From positions 2,322-66,321 of the forward strand of contig JAGSYV010000037.1 of the NCBI GenBank assembly GCA_018262505.1: DNA of 64,000 nt, given 5' to 3'. Position 1 is the first letter of the stretch, and each line of letters begins with the position of its first letter. Shown here piece after piece: positions 36,959 to 46,980 of the stretch. Below the pieces are notes generated by a model. The model was not told where the DNA came from, did not search any database, and saw nothing but the letters and a program-made list of their open reading frames with translations. This stretch comes from Pseudomonadota bacterium. GTDB lineage: Bacteria > Pseudomonadota > Alphaproteobacteria > Rhizobiales > Pleomorphomonadaceae. Position numbers and translations under genes: made by a program.

Positions 36959-38428
36959 TCAGCGCCCGTTGCGGCTGCCGCGATCGTCGGTGGCTGATTT
37001 GCGCTTCATGCCGTCACGACCGGCGAGAAAGCCGACGCGGCCGAGAGTTTCCTCGCTGGCGCCGGTGTCGCGATGGGCCGGCCGCTGCGGGGCCTTGGCC
37101 TGGCCCGGCTTGCCATGGGCAGCGTGCGAGGGCTTGGCGGCGCCGGGCTGGCGTGCCTTGGCCGCGGGCATGGCATCGCGCCGCTGCTGTTCGGCCGAAG
37201 CCGGAGCGGCGGCGACCGGGCGGCGGCCACGCGGCTGCGGACGCTTGCCGGACGGGCGTTCGCCGCGCTCGGAGCTGTCGGTCTTCTCGCTGAGCGCGAT
37301 GGTGCCGCGACGATCTTCGGCCGGGATCTTCTGGCGGGTAATCTTCTCGATGTCCTTCAGGAAAGGACGCTCGTCCTCGGCGCAGAAGGAGATGGCGATG
37401 CCGGACGCGCCGGCGCGCGCCGTGCGGCCGATCCGGTGGACGTAGCTCTCCGGAATGTTCGGCAGGTCGTAGTTGATGACGTGGCTGACGCCGGTGACGT
37501 CGATGCCACGCGCTGCGATGTCGGTGGCGACGAGGATCGGCGTCGAGCCGGCCTTGAAGGAGGCGAGCGCCTTCTCGCGCTGGGCCTGGCTCTTGTTGCC
37601 GTGGATCGCCGCCGCTTCGACGCCGTCCTGGCCGAGCTGGCGGACGACACGGTCGGCGCCGTGCTTGGTGCGGGTGAAGATCAGGGCGCGTTCGGGCTTC
37701 TCGGCGACGATGACGTCCAGCAGCAACCGGCGCTTGGCGGCGGTCTCGACGTGGATCACCCGCTGCTCGACGCGCTCGACGGTGGTGCCGGTCGGGGCGA
37801 CGGAGACGGTGACCGGGTTGAACAGCATCTCGCCGGCCAGCTGGCCGATTTCCTTCGGCATGGTGGCCGAGAAGAACAGGCTCTGGCGCGCCTTGGGCAG
37901 CGTCTTGACGATGCGGCGCACCGGCTGGACGAAGCCCATGTCGAGCATCTGGTCGGCTTCGTCGAGCACGAAGATCTCGGTCGACTCAAGGGAGACCATG
38001 CCGGCGGCCATGTGGTCCATCAGGCGGCCGGGGGTGGCGACGAGAATGTCGACGCCGCGCTTCAGGCGATCTTCCTGCGGACGGTGGCCGACGCCGCCGA
38101 ACACAACGGCGACCGACATGTGGTTCATGTAGCGCGCATAGAGCTTGAAGCTCTCGGCGATCTGGGTGGCCAGTTCGCGGGTCGGCGACAGGATGAGAGC
38201 GCGGACGCGGCGCGGCTGGGCCGGACGGCCGGGGGCGAGGCGCTGCAGGATGGGCAGGGCGAAGGCAGCGGTCTTGCCGGTGCCGGTCTGAGCGATGCCG
38301 AGGAGGTCGCGACCCTTCAGAAGGTCGGGGATCGCCTGCGTTTGAATGGGGGTGGGGGTCTCATAGCCCGCGTCGGTAAGGGCGCGGTTCAGTGTGTCGG
38401 CAAGGCCGAAGTCGGAAAAAGACGTCAA
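36959..38428 (-). CDS. DEAD-box RNA helicase (RhlE-like)
   Basis: Q motif, AQTGTGKT, PTRELA, DEAD, SAT and HRIGRTARAG; basic tail; TTG start inferred. Confidence 0.95.
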   Translation of the reverse strand: MTSFSDFGLADTLNRALTDAGYETPTPIQTQAIPDLLKGRDLLGIAQTGTGKTAAFALPILQRLAPGRPAQPRRVRALILSPTRELATQIAESFKLYARYMNHMSVAVVFGGVGHRPQEDRLKRGVDILVATPGRLMDHMAAGMVSLESTEIFVLDEADQMLDMGFVQPVRRIVKTLPKARQSLFFSATMPKEIGQLAGEMLFNPVTVSVAPTGTTVERVEQRVIHVETAAKRRLLLDVIVAEKPERALIFTRTKHGADRVVRQLGQDGVEAAAIHGNKSQAQREKALASFKAGSTPILVATDIAARGIDVTGVSHVINYDLPNIPESYVHRIGRTARAGASGIAISFCAEDERPFLKDIEKITRQKIPAEDRRGTIALSEKTDSSERGERPSGKRPQPRGRRPVAAAPASAEQQRRDAMPAAKARQPGAAKPSHAAHGKPGQAKAPQRPAHRDTGASEETLGRVGFLAGRDGMKRKSATDDRGSRNGR

Positions 38429-38839
38429 AGGGAAAACTGCTTTCAAAACCAAGCGTCATCGCCGGCGGAAAAGCCGGTGACGTTCGCGGGGAGCAACCGG
38501 CCCCGCGTGATCGGGCCAATTCTTGGGAGGAGGGACGGCCTGGGATCGAAACCGATCCGTTCACGCGGCCGTAAGGTGAGGGCGGCATGCCGGGCGGCAT
38601 GCCACCCGTTGCCGTTCACATGAGGCTTCGGGCCCCAGAAGTCAAGGCAAAGCGGCACATGAGAGCTATGCGGAGGCGTGGATGCTCTGGTTCAGAGATA
38701 TGACAAGGAGGCTCTTTTGCGCGCCATTTCGTCTATTTCTGCAGTTGACCAAGCTAGCCTCGTCCTGGTGGCAGAAGCCATCAAAACTTGCTCCAACTTA
38801 TTCCATCTGGGTGGGGTTGAGTGGTCGCGCGCTCCGAGA

Positions 38840-39904
38840 TTAAGAAATTTGCCGAAGATCGAGTTGTTCACGGGGATGTGCCACCGACTGTCGTTCCACG
38901 ACATGGCAGGCGAGTTCGAGGCGGCGGGCGGGGGTGCCGAAGCCGTCGATGGCGTCCAGCAGCAGGTCGAGCGCGGTGGCGCCGATTTCGCGCATGGGGA
39001 TGTGGACGGTGGTCAGGGGCGGGCTGATGAAAGCCGACTGCGGCAGGTCGTCCATGCCGACCACCGACACGTCGTCCGGCACCCGCAGGCCCGCCCGCGT
39101 CAACCCCAACATCGCGCCGATCGCCAGGCTGTCGCCGGCGGTCAGCACGGCGGTGAAGTCGAGCCCGCGCTCGGCGATCCGGGCGGCGAGCGCGTCGGCG
39201 GCGAGTTCCGGAAGCCAGTCGTCGACTTCCACCACTAGGTCGGCGTCGCAATCGAAGCCGTGCTGCGCCAGGGCGTCGCGCCACCCCTCGAAGCGCCGCT
39301 CGATGGTCCGCCGTCCGCGCCGCATCAGGAACAGGATGCGGCGATGGCCGAACTCGATCAGGTGCTCGGCACCGGCACGGGCGCCCGAGCGGTTGCAGGG
39401 CGTCACGCTCGACAGCCGCATCAGCGGGTCGTCGCCGTTGACCAGCACCACCGGTTTGCCGAAGCCGCGCGTCAGCGACAGCATGTCCTCGTCGTCGAGC
39501 GTCAGGAACAGGAAGCCGGCGATGTCGTCGTCGGCCAGCGCCGCTTCGAGCGAGCCGATGTCGTGGCGGGGATCGGCGATCGGCCGGGTGACGATCTCCA
39601 CGCCGAGCGCCTGGGCGCGGGCATTCAGCCCCTCCAGAACATGGTAGGTGAACTGGTTGCGCACATAGTCGACCATGGCGACGCTGGAGGCGGCGAGCAC
39701 GATCTTGCGGCCGGCGATTGACGTGGGAACCGCGTAGTTCAGGCTCTTGGCCACTTCGGTCACCCGGGCGCGGATCTCGGCACGAACGCCCTTTTCGCCG
39801 GCCAGCGCGCGCGACGCCGTGCTGAGCGACACGCCACAGCGCTCGGCGATGTCTTCAAGGCGCACCTTGCGGCTGGGTTTCCCCCGTTTCCCGATCCTGT
39901 TCAT
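38840..39904 (-). CDS. LacI family transcriptional regulator, divergent from the uronate operon
   Basis: RLEDIAERCGVSLSTASRAL HTH; VPDDVSVVGMDD..PPLTTV. Confidence 0.93.
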   Translation of the reverse strand: MNRIGKRGKPSRKVRLEDIAERCGVSLSTASRALAGEKGVRAEIRARVTEVAKSLNYAVPTSIAGRKIVLAASSVAMVDYVRNQFTYHVLEGLNARAQALGVEIVTRPIADPRHDIGSLEAALADDDIAGFLFLTLDDEDMLSLTRGFGKPVVLVNGDDPLMRLSSVTPCNRSGARAGAEHLIEFGHRRILFLMRRGRRTIERRFEGWRDALAQHGFDCDADLVVEVDDWLPELAADALAARIAERGLDFTAVLTAGDSLAIGAMLGLTRAGLRVPDDVSVVGMDDLPQSAFISPPLTTVHIPMREIGATALDLLLDAIDGFGTPARRLELACHVVERQSVAHPREQLDLRQIS

Positions 39905-40042
39905 CTCGGCGATCCCTGTCTTCGCGTCAAACTGCAAAAAATTTTCAGATTGCGCAAGTTTTTTTCCTATGAGACGCTTCGATCAAGCCGCACGGGATGC
40001 TGAGGGCACAGGAAGCGGCGGAGGAACGTTGGGAGGCGAGAC

Positions 40043-41125
40043 ATGATCCTCGACGGGCACGCTTTGCGTGAACGACTGACCTTGCTTGTCGATGGCATGA
40101 CGAAGCTGCGCCATGACGGGCGCTTCAACGAGCCCAATCTCGACGGAACGGCGGGCGACTATATCAGTTTTCACTCCTGGGAATGGCCGCAGGGCATCGG
40201 GCTCTACGGGCTGGTCCGTCTCTGGCAGCACAGCGGCGACGTCAAGCTGCGCGCCGTGATCGAAGCCTGGTACGAAGCCCGCCTCGCCGCTGGCTTGCCG
40301 TCTCTCAACGTCAACACCACCGCGCCGATGCTGGCGCTGTCGCTCCTGTGGCGGCAAACCCGCGATCCGCGCTGGCAGCCTGTGATGGACGACTGGGCCA
40401 ACCGGGTGCTGGCCATGCCGCGCACGCCCGAGCGGGGGCTGCCGCATATCGTCTCCGACAAGATCAACGATCAGGAACTCTGGGACGACACGCTGGTGAT
40501 GGTCGGGCTGTTCCTTGCCTCCTATGGCGAGGCCAGCGGCCGGCAGGATCTCGTCGACGAAGCCTGCCACCAGTTCCTGCTGCACACCCGCTATCTCGCC
40601 GATCCCCACTCCGGCCTGTGGTTCCACGGCTGGACTTTCGACGGCCGGCACAATTTCGCCCGAGCCCTCTGGGGGCGCGGCAACAGCTGGATCACCGTCG
40701 CCATCCTGGATCTCATCGAACTGGCGGATATTCCGGCGCCGGTGCGCACCTTCCTCCTGGGTGTGCTGGAAGCGCAGATATCCGCCCTTCTTCCCCTGCA
40801 GGCGCCGTCCGGCGCCTGGCACACCCTGCTCGACGATGCCTCCTCATACGAGGAAACCTCGGCGACGGCCGCCATCGGCTACGGCCTGATGAAGGCGGCG
40901 CGCCTTGACATCGGTCCTGCCGGCTGCCGCGAGGCCGGCCTCAGGGCGCTCGCCCGCGTCATGGCCGATATCGGTCCGGACGGAACGGTGGCCAATGTGT
41001 CCTACGGCACGCGCATGGGCCACGATCTGCAATTCTACAAAGACATTCCCATCCAGCCCACCGGCTACGGGCAGGCGCTCGCCATTCTTTGCCTGGCCGA
41101 AGGGCTGCATCACGTCGGAATCTGA
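40043..41125 (+). CDS. Glycoside hydrolase GH88/GH105 (unsaturated rhamnogalacturonyl/glucuronyl hydrolase)
   Basis: WEWPQG, LWDDTLVM, GLWFHGW, WGRGNSW and ETSATA motifs; no signal peptide. Confidence 0.9.
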   Translation: MILDGHALRERLTLLVDGMTKLRHDGRFNEPNLDGTAGDYISFHSWEWPQGIGLYGLVRLWQHSGDVKLRAVIEAWYEARLAAGLPSLNVNTTAPMLALSLLWRQTRDPRWQPVMDDWANRVLAMPRTPERGLPHIVSDKINDQELWDDTLVMVGLFLASYGEASGRQDLVDEACHQFLLHTRYLADPHSGLWFHGWTFDGRHNFARALWGRGNSWITVAILDLIELADIPAPVRTFLLGVLEAQISALLPLQAPSGAWHTLLDDASSYEETSATAAIGYGLMKAARLDIGPAGCREAGLRALARVMADIGPDGTVANVSYGTRMGHDLQFYKDIPIQPTGYGQALAILCLAEGLHHVGI

Positions 41126-41137
41126 GGATCTGAGACG

Positions 41138-41974
41138 ATGACCATGCGCGTGATCTATGGCGCCTCGCCGACCGACGTCGCCGGCTTCGACACCAAACGC
41201 CTCAGGGCGGAATTCCTGGTGGAGGGTCTGTTCCGGCCGGGCGAAATCCACTTCGCCTACACCCATATCGACCGGCTGATCGTCGGCGCCGCCATGCCCA
41301 CGGATACGCCGCTGACCTTTGGCGACGGCGCCGAGGTGGGCACGCCGCTGTTCTTCACCGCCCGCGAGATGGGCATCGCCAACCTTGGCGGTTCCGGCCG
41401 CGTGACGGTGGACGGCGCCACTTTCGCGCTCGGCAGCCGCGACATTCTCTATGTCGGGCGCGGCGCCCGCGAGGTGACGCTGGAAAGCGCCAATGCCGCC
41501 AAGCCGGCCCGCTTCTACATGAATTCGGTGCCGGCCGGTCGCGACATCCCGCACCGTCTGATCCCTCAGAGCGAGGCCAAGCCGCTCGACCTCGGCGATG
41601 CCACACGCTCCAACCAGCGGCGTCTCCGGATGTACATCCACCCCGAGGTTGCGCCCTCCTGCCTGCTGTTGATGGGCATCACCGATCTGGCGCCCGGCAG
41701 CGTCTGGAACACCATGCCGCCGCACCTCCACGAGCGGCGCATGGAAGCCTATTGCTATTTCGACCTCACCCCCGAGGATCGGGTGATCCATCTGATGGGC
41801 CGGCCGGACGAGACGCGCAGCCTGATCGTCGCTGGCGGCGACGTGGTCCTGTCGCCGGCCTGGTCGATCCATATGGGCGCCGGCACCGGCCCCTATGCCT
41901 TCGTCTGGGGCATGACCGGCGAAAATCAGGCCTATACCGACGTCAGTCCCGTTGCCGTGGCAGATCTCAAATGA
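41138..41974 (+). CDS. kduI: 5-dehydro-4-deoxy-D-glucuronate isomerase
   Basis: REMGIANLGG, WNTMPPHLHERRMEAY, SPAWSIH and WGMTGENQ motifs. Confidence 0.95.
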   Translation: MTMRVIYGASPTDVAGFDTKRLRAEFLVEGLFRPGEIHFAYTHIDRLIVGAAMPTDTPLTFGDGAEVGTPLFFTAREMGIANLGGSGRVTVDGATFALGSRDILYVGRGAREVTLESANAAKPARFYMNSVPAGRDIPHRLIPQSEAKPLDLGDATRSNQRRLRMYIHPEVAPSCLLLMGITDLAPGSVWNTMPPHLHERRMEAYCYFDLTPEDRVIHLMGRPDETRSLIVAGGDVVLSPAWSIHMGAGTGPYAFVWGMTGENQAYTDVSPVAVADLK

Positions 41975-44493
41975 GCACAACCGTGTCGTCTTCTCTCGAT
42001 CATCTTCGCCGTCCGTTGCCATCGGGCGCGCCAATCACCTATTGGCAGCTCGGTGCCACGCAGGAAGCGCGTTACGACGTGCCGGATCAGCCCATGCAGG
42101 GCGAGATGGATCCGTTCTTCTTCCTGACCAAGCACAAGAACTTCATTCCGCACGAATATCCCTGCCGCACCGCCTTCGGCCTCGAACGGCGCACACGGCG
42201 GCCGGCAATCACGGCCGACTTCCGGCTCGACCGCTTCTGGCTGCCCTTCGGCTCGCCGCGCGTCGATCTCTCCGGCTTCTGGTTCCGTCCGACGGCGATC
42301 GGCACCTGGGCGCGCACCGCGATCCTGGCCGAGAGCGCCGGCGAGGCGCTGCTGCGCCTCGGCACCTGCGGTGGCGCCATCCTCTTCGTCAACGGCGTGG
42401 AAGTGGGCTTCATGGCCGACTATATCCGCAACCTCGAGGTCAAGAAGGATTTCCCCGTCACCCTGAAGGCTGGGCTCAACGACGTCGCCATCTGGTTCGA
42501 CGATCTCGCCGAACGCGACGCCCGCTATTTCTTCGAACTCGACTATATCGCCGGTCCGGCCGCCGAACAGGCGCTGCCTTTGCCGGTGAAGGCCGAGGCG
42601 GCGGCCGAACTGGAAGCGGCGCTTGACGGCATGCATTTCGAGCGGCCGGTCTACAAGAACGAGAATCTGGCGCTCATCATCCCCGCGCCGCTGTCCTTTG
42701 CGGCGGATGCTTCGATCGTCATCGAAGGCGACTTCATGTCGCGGGAGGACAAGCCACATCTCAAGACGCGCCTCGAAGCCGGGGCCGGCCGCCTCGTGCT
42801 CGCCGGAGCCGAAACGCTGCCGGCCGACTTCCGCCATTTCCATGTCGCCCTCAGTGTCGGCGCCTTCACGGCAACGCGGGTGTTCGGCGTCGAGATCTGC
42901 CACACGGTCCGCCAGGGCGTGGCGCCGGCCACGTTTGAGGCGCGTGTCAGGGAGGCGCTCGATGAGGTGTCCCTGCACGGCGAGGCCGATACGGTGACGG
43001 CGCTGGCGCGCCTCGCCTCAGGCCGGCCGGGCGCTGACACCGACGCCATGATCATGTCCTTCCTGCCGACCATCGAGGACTGTCACGACTGCGCCGACTT
43101 CGCCCTGGTGCCGCTGCTGTGGAGCCGGATCGTCTATGGCAAGGACATGGCGCCGGATGTCCGGGCGCGGGTTGACCGGGCCATTCTCGCCTATCGCTAC
43201 TGGATGGACGAACCCGGCAACGACGTGCAGTGGTATTTCTCGGAAAACCACGCGCTGTTGTTCCACACCGCCGCCTATCTGGCCGGCGCGCTGCTGCCGG
43301 ACGATCGCTTCGTACGCTCCGGCCGCACGGGCCGGGAGCAGAGCGCGGTGGGCCTCGCCCGGGTGCGGGCCTGGCTCGATCATTTCGAGGAATGGGAGAT
43401 GGCCGAGTTCAATTCGGCGCCCTATTTCCCCATCGATTTCAAGGGCCTCACCGCGCTCTATGCGCTGGCGCCGGACGCCGATGTACGCGGCCGGGCCGGT
43501 AAGGCGATCGCCCGCCTCGTCACCGTCATTGCGCGGTCGGCCCATCATGGCGTGCTGACCGGCGCTCAGGGGCGCTCCTACGAACACACGTTGCGCGCTT
43601 CATCATCGCTGGAACTGTCGGGTGTCGCCCGGCTTCTCTGGGGCAAGGGCAATTTTGGCCGCCGCGTGCACGCACTGCCGCAACTGGCACTCTGCCTGCG
43701 CGATCATGGCCTTGAACTGCCCGATCTTACCGCGGTTGCCGATTTTGCCGGCGAGGGCGCCCAGGAGTGGGTGTTCGCCCAAGGCCAGAACCGCATGGCC
43801 AAGCTCTACCACTACAAGACGGCTGCCTTTGCCGCGGGAAGCGCTGCCCATTATCGCTGGGGCGAGTGGGGCTATCAGGAAACGGTGCTGCATATGCGGC
43901 TCGGCGCCAATCCCGACGCGCAGATCTGGATCAATCACCCCGGCGAGGTGATCCACAGCGGCTATGGCCGTCCGTCCTACTGGGGTGGTTCCGGCGCCCT
44001 GCCGCGCCTGCACCACTATCGCGGCCTCGCGGTGATGATCTTCTCCTGCGCCGACGAACAGCCCGGCTTCACCCATTGCTGGTTCCCGCGTCTGGCCTTC
44101 GACCGCACGGAGGTCAAGGGAGACGTGGCGATTGCCGCCTGTGGCGACGGCCTCGTTCTGCTCAAGGGGCACGCGCCCTTCGAGGAGGTGGCGGAAGGGC
44201 CGACGGCCGGCAACGAGTTGCGCCTCCCGGGTCGCAAGGCGGTGTGGATCGTGCGGCTCGGGCAGGCGTCGCGCCACGCTTCGCCGGACGCGTTCGTGCG
44301 GGCCTTTGCCGAGTTGACGCTGGTGGAAGAGGACGGTGGCACACTGTCGATCACCGATCCGGAATACGGCCGCGTGCGCATGCACGCCGATGGTCGCATC
44401 GAAGCGGAACGCCGCACCATCGATCCCGCCACCTGGACCGTGGCCGGAGAGGCGGCGCATCTGCCGCCAGGACCGCTCACCGGAACGAGTTGA
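41971..44493 (+). CDS. 840-aa hypothetical protein, possible heparinase II/III-like polysaccharide lyase
   Basis: ATGA overlap with kduI; helical middle region with YRYWMDEPG..WYFSENHALLFH and EFNSAPY; beta-rich ends. Confidence 0.8.
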   Translation: MSTTVSSSLDHLRRPLPSGAPITYWQLGATQEARYDVPDQPMQGEMDPFFFLTKHKNFIPHEYPCRTAFGLERRTRRPAITADFRLDRFWLPFGSPRVDLSGFWFRPTAIGTWARTAILAESAGEALLRLGTCGGAILFVNGVEVGFMADYIRNLEVKKDFPVTLKAGLNDVAIWFDDLAERDARYFFELDYIAGPAAEQALPLPVKAEAAAELEAALDGMHFERPVYKNENLALIIPAPLSFAADASIVIEGDFMSREDKPHLKTRLEAGAGRLVLAGAETLPADFRHFHVALSVGAFTATRVFGVEICHTVRQGVAPATFEARVREALDEVSLHGEADTVTALARLASGRPGADTDAMIMSFLPTIEDCHDCADFALVPLLWSRIVYGKDMAPDVRARVDRAILAYRYWMDEPGNDVQWYFSENHALLFHTAAYLAGALLPDDRFVRSGRTGREQSAVGLARVRAWLDHFEEWEMAEFNSAPYFPIDFKGLTALYALAPDADVRGRAGKAIARLVTVIARSAHHGVLTGAQGRSYEHTLRASSSLELSGVARLLWGKGNFGRRVHALPQLALCLRDHGLELPDLTAVADFAGEGAQEWVFAQGQNRMAKLYHYKTAAFAAGSAAHYRWGEWGYQETVLHMRLGANPDAQIWINHPGEVIHSGYGRPSYWGGSGALPRLHHYRGLAVMIFSCADEQPGFTHCWFPRLAFDRTEVKGDVAIAACGDGLVLLKGHAPFEEVAEGPTAGNELRLPGRKAVWIVRLGQASRHASPDAFVRAFAELTLVEEDGGTLSITDPEYGRVRMHADGRIEAERRTIDPATWTVAGEAAHLPPGPLTGTS

Positions 44494-44567
44494 AGAGCAG
44501 GCGGTTCCGACCGGAGCCGCCGATGGATGGCCTGGAGACCCATCCATCTCAATGGGGAGGAGAGACC

Positions 44568-45824
44568 ATGAGGAAAGTCATACTTGCCGCGGCGGCCATG
44601 GGGCTGCTGTCGTCCACCGCCTGGGCCGGCGACGTCCGGATCATGTGGTATTCCGATGGCGTGGAAGGCCAGGTCTTCCATGACCTGATCGATCGCTTCA
44701 TGAAGGCCAATCCGGATATCCACGTCACCATCGATGATGTGGCCTACGGCACCGTCAAGGATCAGCTGCCGGTACAGCTCGCCGGCGGTAACGGCCCGGA
44801 TATCGCCCGCGTCACCGCGCTCAAGGCGCTGTCGCAATATTGGCTCGACATGACGCCCTATCTCAAGGACGCCGATTTCTGGGTCAAGAACTACGGCGAC
44901 CAAGCCGACTGGATGCGGCCGGACGGCTCGAAGGCCATCACCGGTTTCATGACGCAGATCACCCTGACCGGTGGCTTTGCCAACAAGACGCTGTTCGATC
45001 AGGCCGGCGTACCGCTGCCGGACGCCAAGGCGACCTGGAACGACTGGGTGGCCGCCGCCAAGAAAGTGGCCGACAATCAGAAGGTTCCCTATGCCATCGC
45101 TCTCGATCGTTCAGGCCATCGCCTGACCGGGCCAGCGCTATCCTATGGCGGCAGCTACATGGACGCCGCCGGCAAGCCGATGCCGATCGACGCGGGAACC
45201 AAGGCGTTCATTACCGACTTCGTGAAGTGGAACAATGACGGTGCCGCGTCCAAGGACGTCTACGTGTCGGCGGCCGGCACCACCTATCGCGCCGCTTCCG
45301 AGGACTTCATCAACGGCCAGTTGGTCTATTACTACTCGGGATCCTGGCAGATTCCGAACTTCGCCTCCAAGATCGGCAACGCCTTCGACTGGGTGGCGAC
45401 GGGCAGTCCCTGCGGTCCGGCCACCTGCACCGGCATGCCGGGCGGTGCCGGCCTCGTCGCCGTCAAGGCCACCAAGAACCCCGAGGACGTGGCCAAGGTG
45501 ATGGACTATCTGGCCTCGACCCCGATCGCCAAGGAGTTTGCCGAGCGCACGCTGTTCCTGCCAGCCAGCAAGGAGGTGATCGCCGGCGGCCTCGACTTCA
45601 AGAGCGACGACCCGCAGGTCAAGGCGGCGCTTCAGGCCTTCGTCGCGGCGTCGACCACCACATCGCCGGAAGCGCTCAAGCTGCCGGGCTGGAAGTGGTC
45701 GGATACCTACTATGGTGCGCTGGTGACGCGTGTGAGCCAGGCGGTCGCCGGCGAGATCAGCCTCGATGACGCCTTCAAGCGCATCGATTCCGATGTCGCC
45801 GCCAAAGTCGCCGAAGCCAAGTAA
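44568..45824 (+). CDS. Sugar ABC transporter substrate-binding protein
   Basis: Signal peptide, QLAGGNGPDIARV and ANKTLFDQAGVPLP motifs; GGGAGGAG RBS. Confidence 0.92.
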   Translation: MRKVILAAAAMGLLSSTAWAGDVRIMWYSDGVEGQVFHDLIDRFMKANPDIHVTIDDVAYGTVKDQLPVQLAGGNGPDIARVTALKALSQYWLDMTPYLKDADFWVKNYGDQADWMRPDGSKAITGFMTQITLTGGFANKTLFDQAGVPLPDAKATWNDWVAAAKKVADNQKVPYAIALDRSGHRLTGPALSYGGSYMDAAGKPMPIDAGTKAFITDFVKWNNDGAASKDVYVSAAGTTYRAASEDFINGQLVYYYSGSWQIPNFASKIGNAFDWVATGSPCGPATCTGMPGGAGLVAVKATKNPEDVAKVMDYLASTPIAKEFAERTLFLPASKEVIAGGLDFKSDDPQVKAALQAFVAASTTTSPEALKLPGWKWSDTYYGALVTRVSQAVAGEISLDDAFKRIDSDVAAKVAEAK

Positions 45825-45942
45825 GACACGAGACCACAGGCCGGCGTGCCGACCTCACGGGTGAACTGCATCGGCCTCGGAAGCCGGGCGGCAGTTCGTC
45901 CGGCAGGCGCGCGCCGGCTCCCTCAGCTTCCGGGGTCAATCC

Positions 45943-46980
45943 ATGAGCAACCGACACGAGGGGAAAGAGGCACTGCCGGCCAGCCGGCTCAGCGGCCTCA
46001 TGATGGTCCCGGTCAAGGCCGTCATGCAGGTGGTCGATGTGCCGCTCAGGGCCTGGCAGCGGCTGACTGGCCTCACCGGCATGGCCTCCTTCTTTCTGCT
46101 GCCGAACATGGCGGTGTTCGGCATCTTCGTGCTGGTGCCCTTCGTCATCAACTTCGTCTATTCGATGACGGGCGGCTCGGAGATCTTCCTCGCTCAACGC
46201 TTCTATGTCGGAGCGGCGCAATATCGCGACATCTTCGACTGCCGCAGCTATCTCGATCCGAGCTCCTGCGTCGAGGATGGCTTCTGGGTCTCGGCGCGCA
46301 ATACCGCGTTGTTCGTCGTGGTCCAGGTGACGTTGATGATCCTGGTGGCGCTGATCACCGCCCTGGTGCTCAATCGCGAGATCATCGGCCGCAGCTTCTG
46401 GCGCGCCGTCTTCTTCTTCCCGGTGCTGCTGTCGCCGGTGGTGGTGGGGCTGATCTGGCGCTGGATCCTGCAGCGCCAAGGCCTGCTCAACCTCGTGCTC
46501 TACGACCTGTTCGGCTTCGAGCCCTATAGCTGGCTAACCGATCGCAACGCCGCCTTCGCCGCCGCCGTCGGCGTGACCATCTGGGCGCGCGTCGGCTTCT
46601 TCGCCCTCATTCTGCTCGCCGGCTTGCAAGCCATCCCCAAGGATCTCTACGAGGCCGCCGAGATGGACGGCACGCGGCGGACGCGGGTATTCTTCCGCAT
46701 CACCTTGCCGCTCCTGATGCCCAATCTCATTGTGGTGCTGGTGCTCGGGCTGATCCGCTCGGTGCAGGTGTTCGACGAGGCCTACGTGCTGACCGGCGGC
46801 GGCCCCGGCACCAGTACCATGTATCTCACGCAATACATCTACGAGAAGGGCTTCGCGTCCGATCTGCGCGATCCCGGCCTTGCCGCCGCCGCGTCGATCC
46901 TGATGGGCGCCGTGCTGGTGGTGCTGACGCTGGTGCAGATGGCGGCCTCCCGCCGCAATGAGAAGCAGGGAGAACGGTGA
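45943..46980 (+). CDS. Carbohydrate ABC permease
   Basis: LAGLQAIPKDLYEAAEMDG EAA loop and LTGGGPG. Confidence 0.93.
   Translation: MSNRHEGKEALPASRLSGLMMVPVKAVMQVVDVPLRAWQRLTGLTGMASFFLLPNMAVFGIFVLVPFVINFVYSMTGGSEIFLAQRFYVGAAQYRDIFDCRSYLDPSSCVEDGFWVSARNTALFVVVQVTLMILVALITALVLNREIIGRSFWRAVFFFPVLLSPVVVGLIWRWILQRQGLLNLVLYDLFGFEPYSWLTDRNAAFAAAVGVTIWARVGFFALILLAGLQAIPKDLYEAAEMDGTRRTRVFFRITLPLLMPNLIVVLVLGLIRSVQVFDEAYVLTGGGPGTSTMYLTQYIYEKGFASDLRDPGLAAAASILMGAVLVVLTLVQMAASRRNEKQGER

Noticed and set aside
41752-41970. Extended ORF-track starts (41752, 43767, 19402, 32547, 50675, 53581)
   Set aside because: They overlap neighbouring genes or promoters; downstream ATGs with RBS or coupled stops fit better
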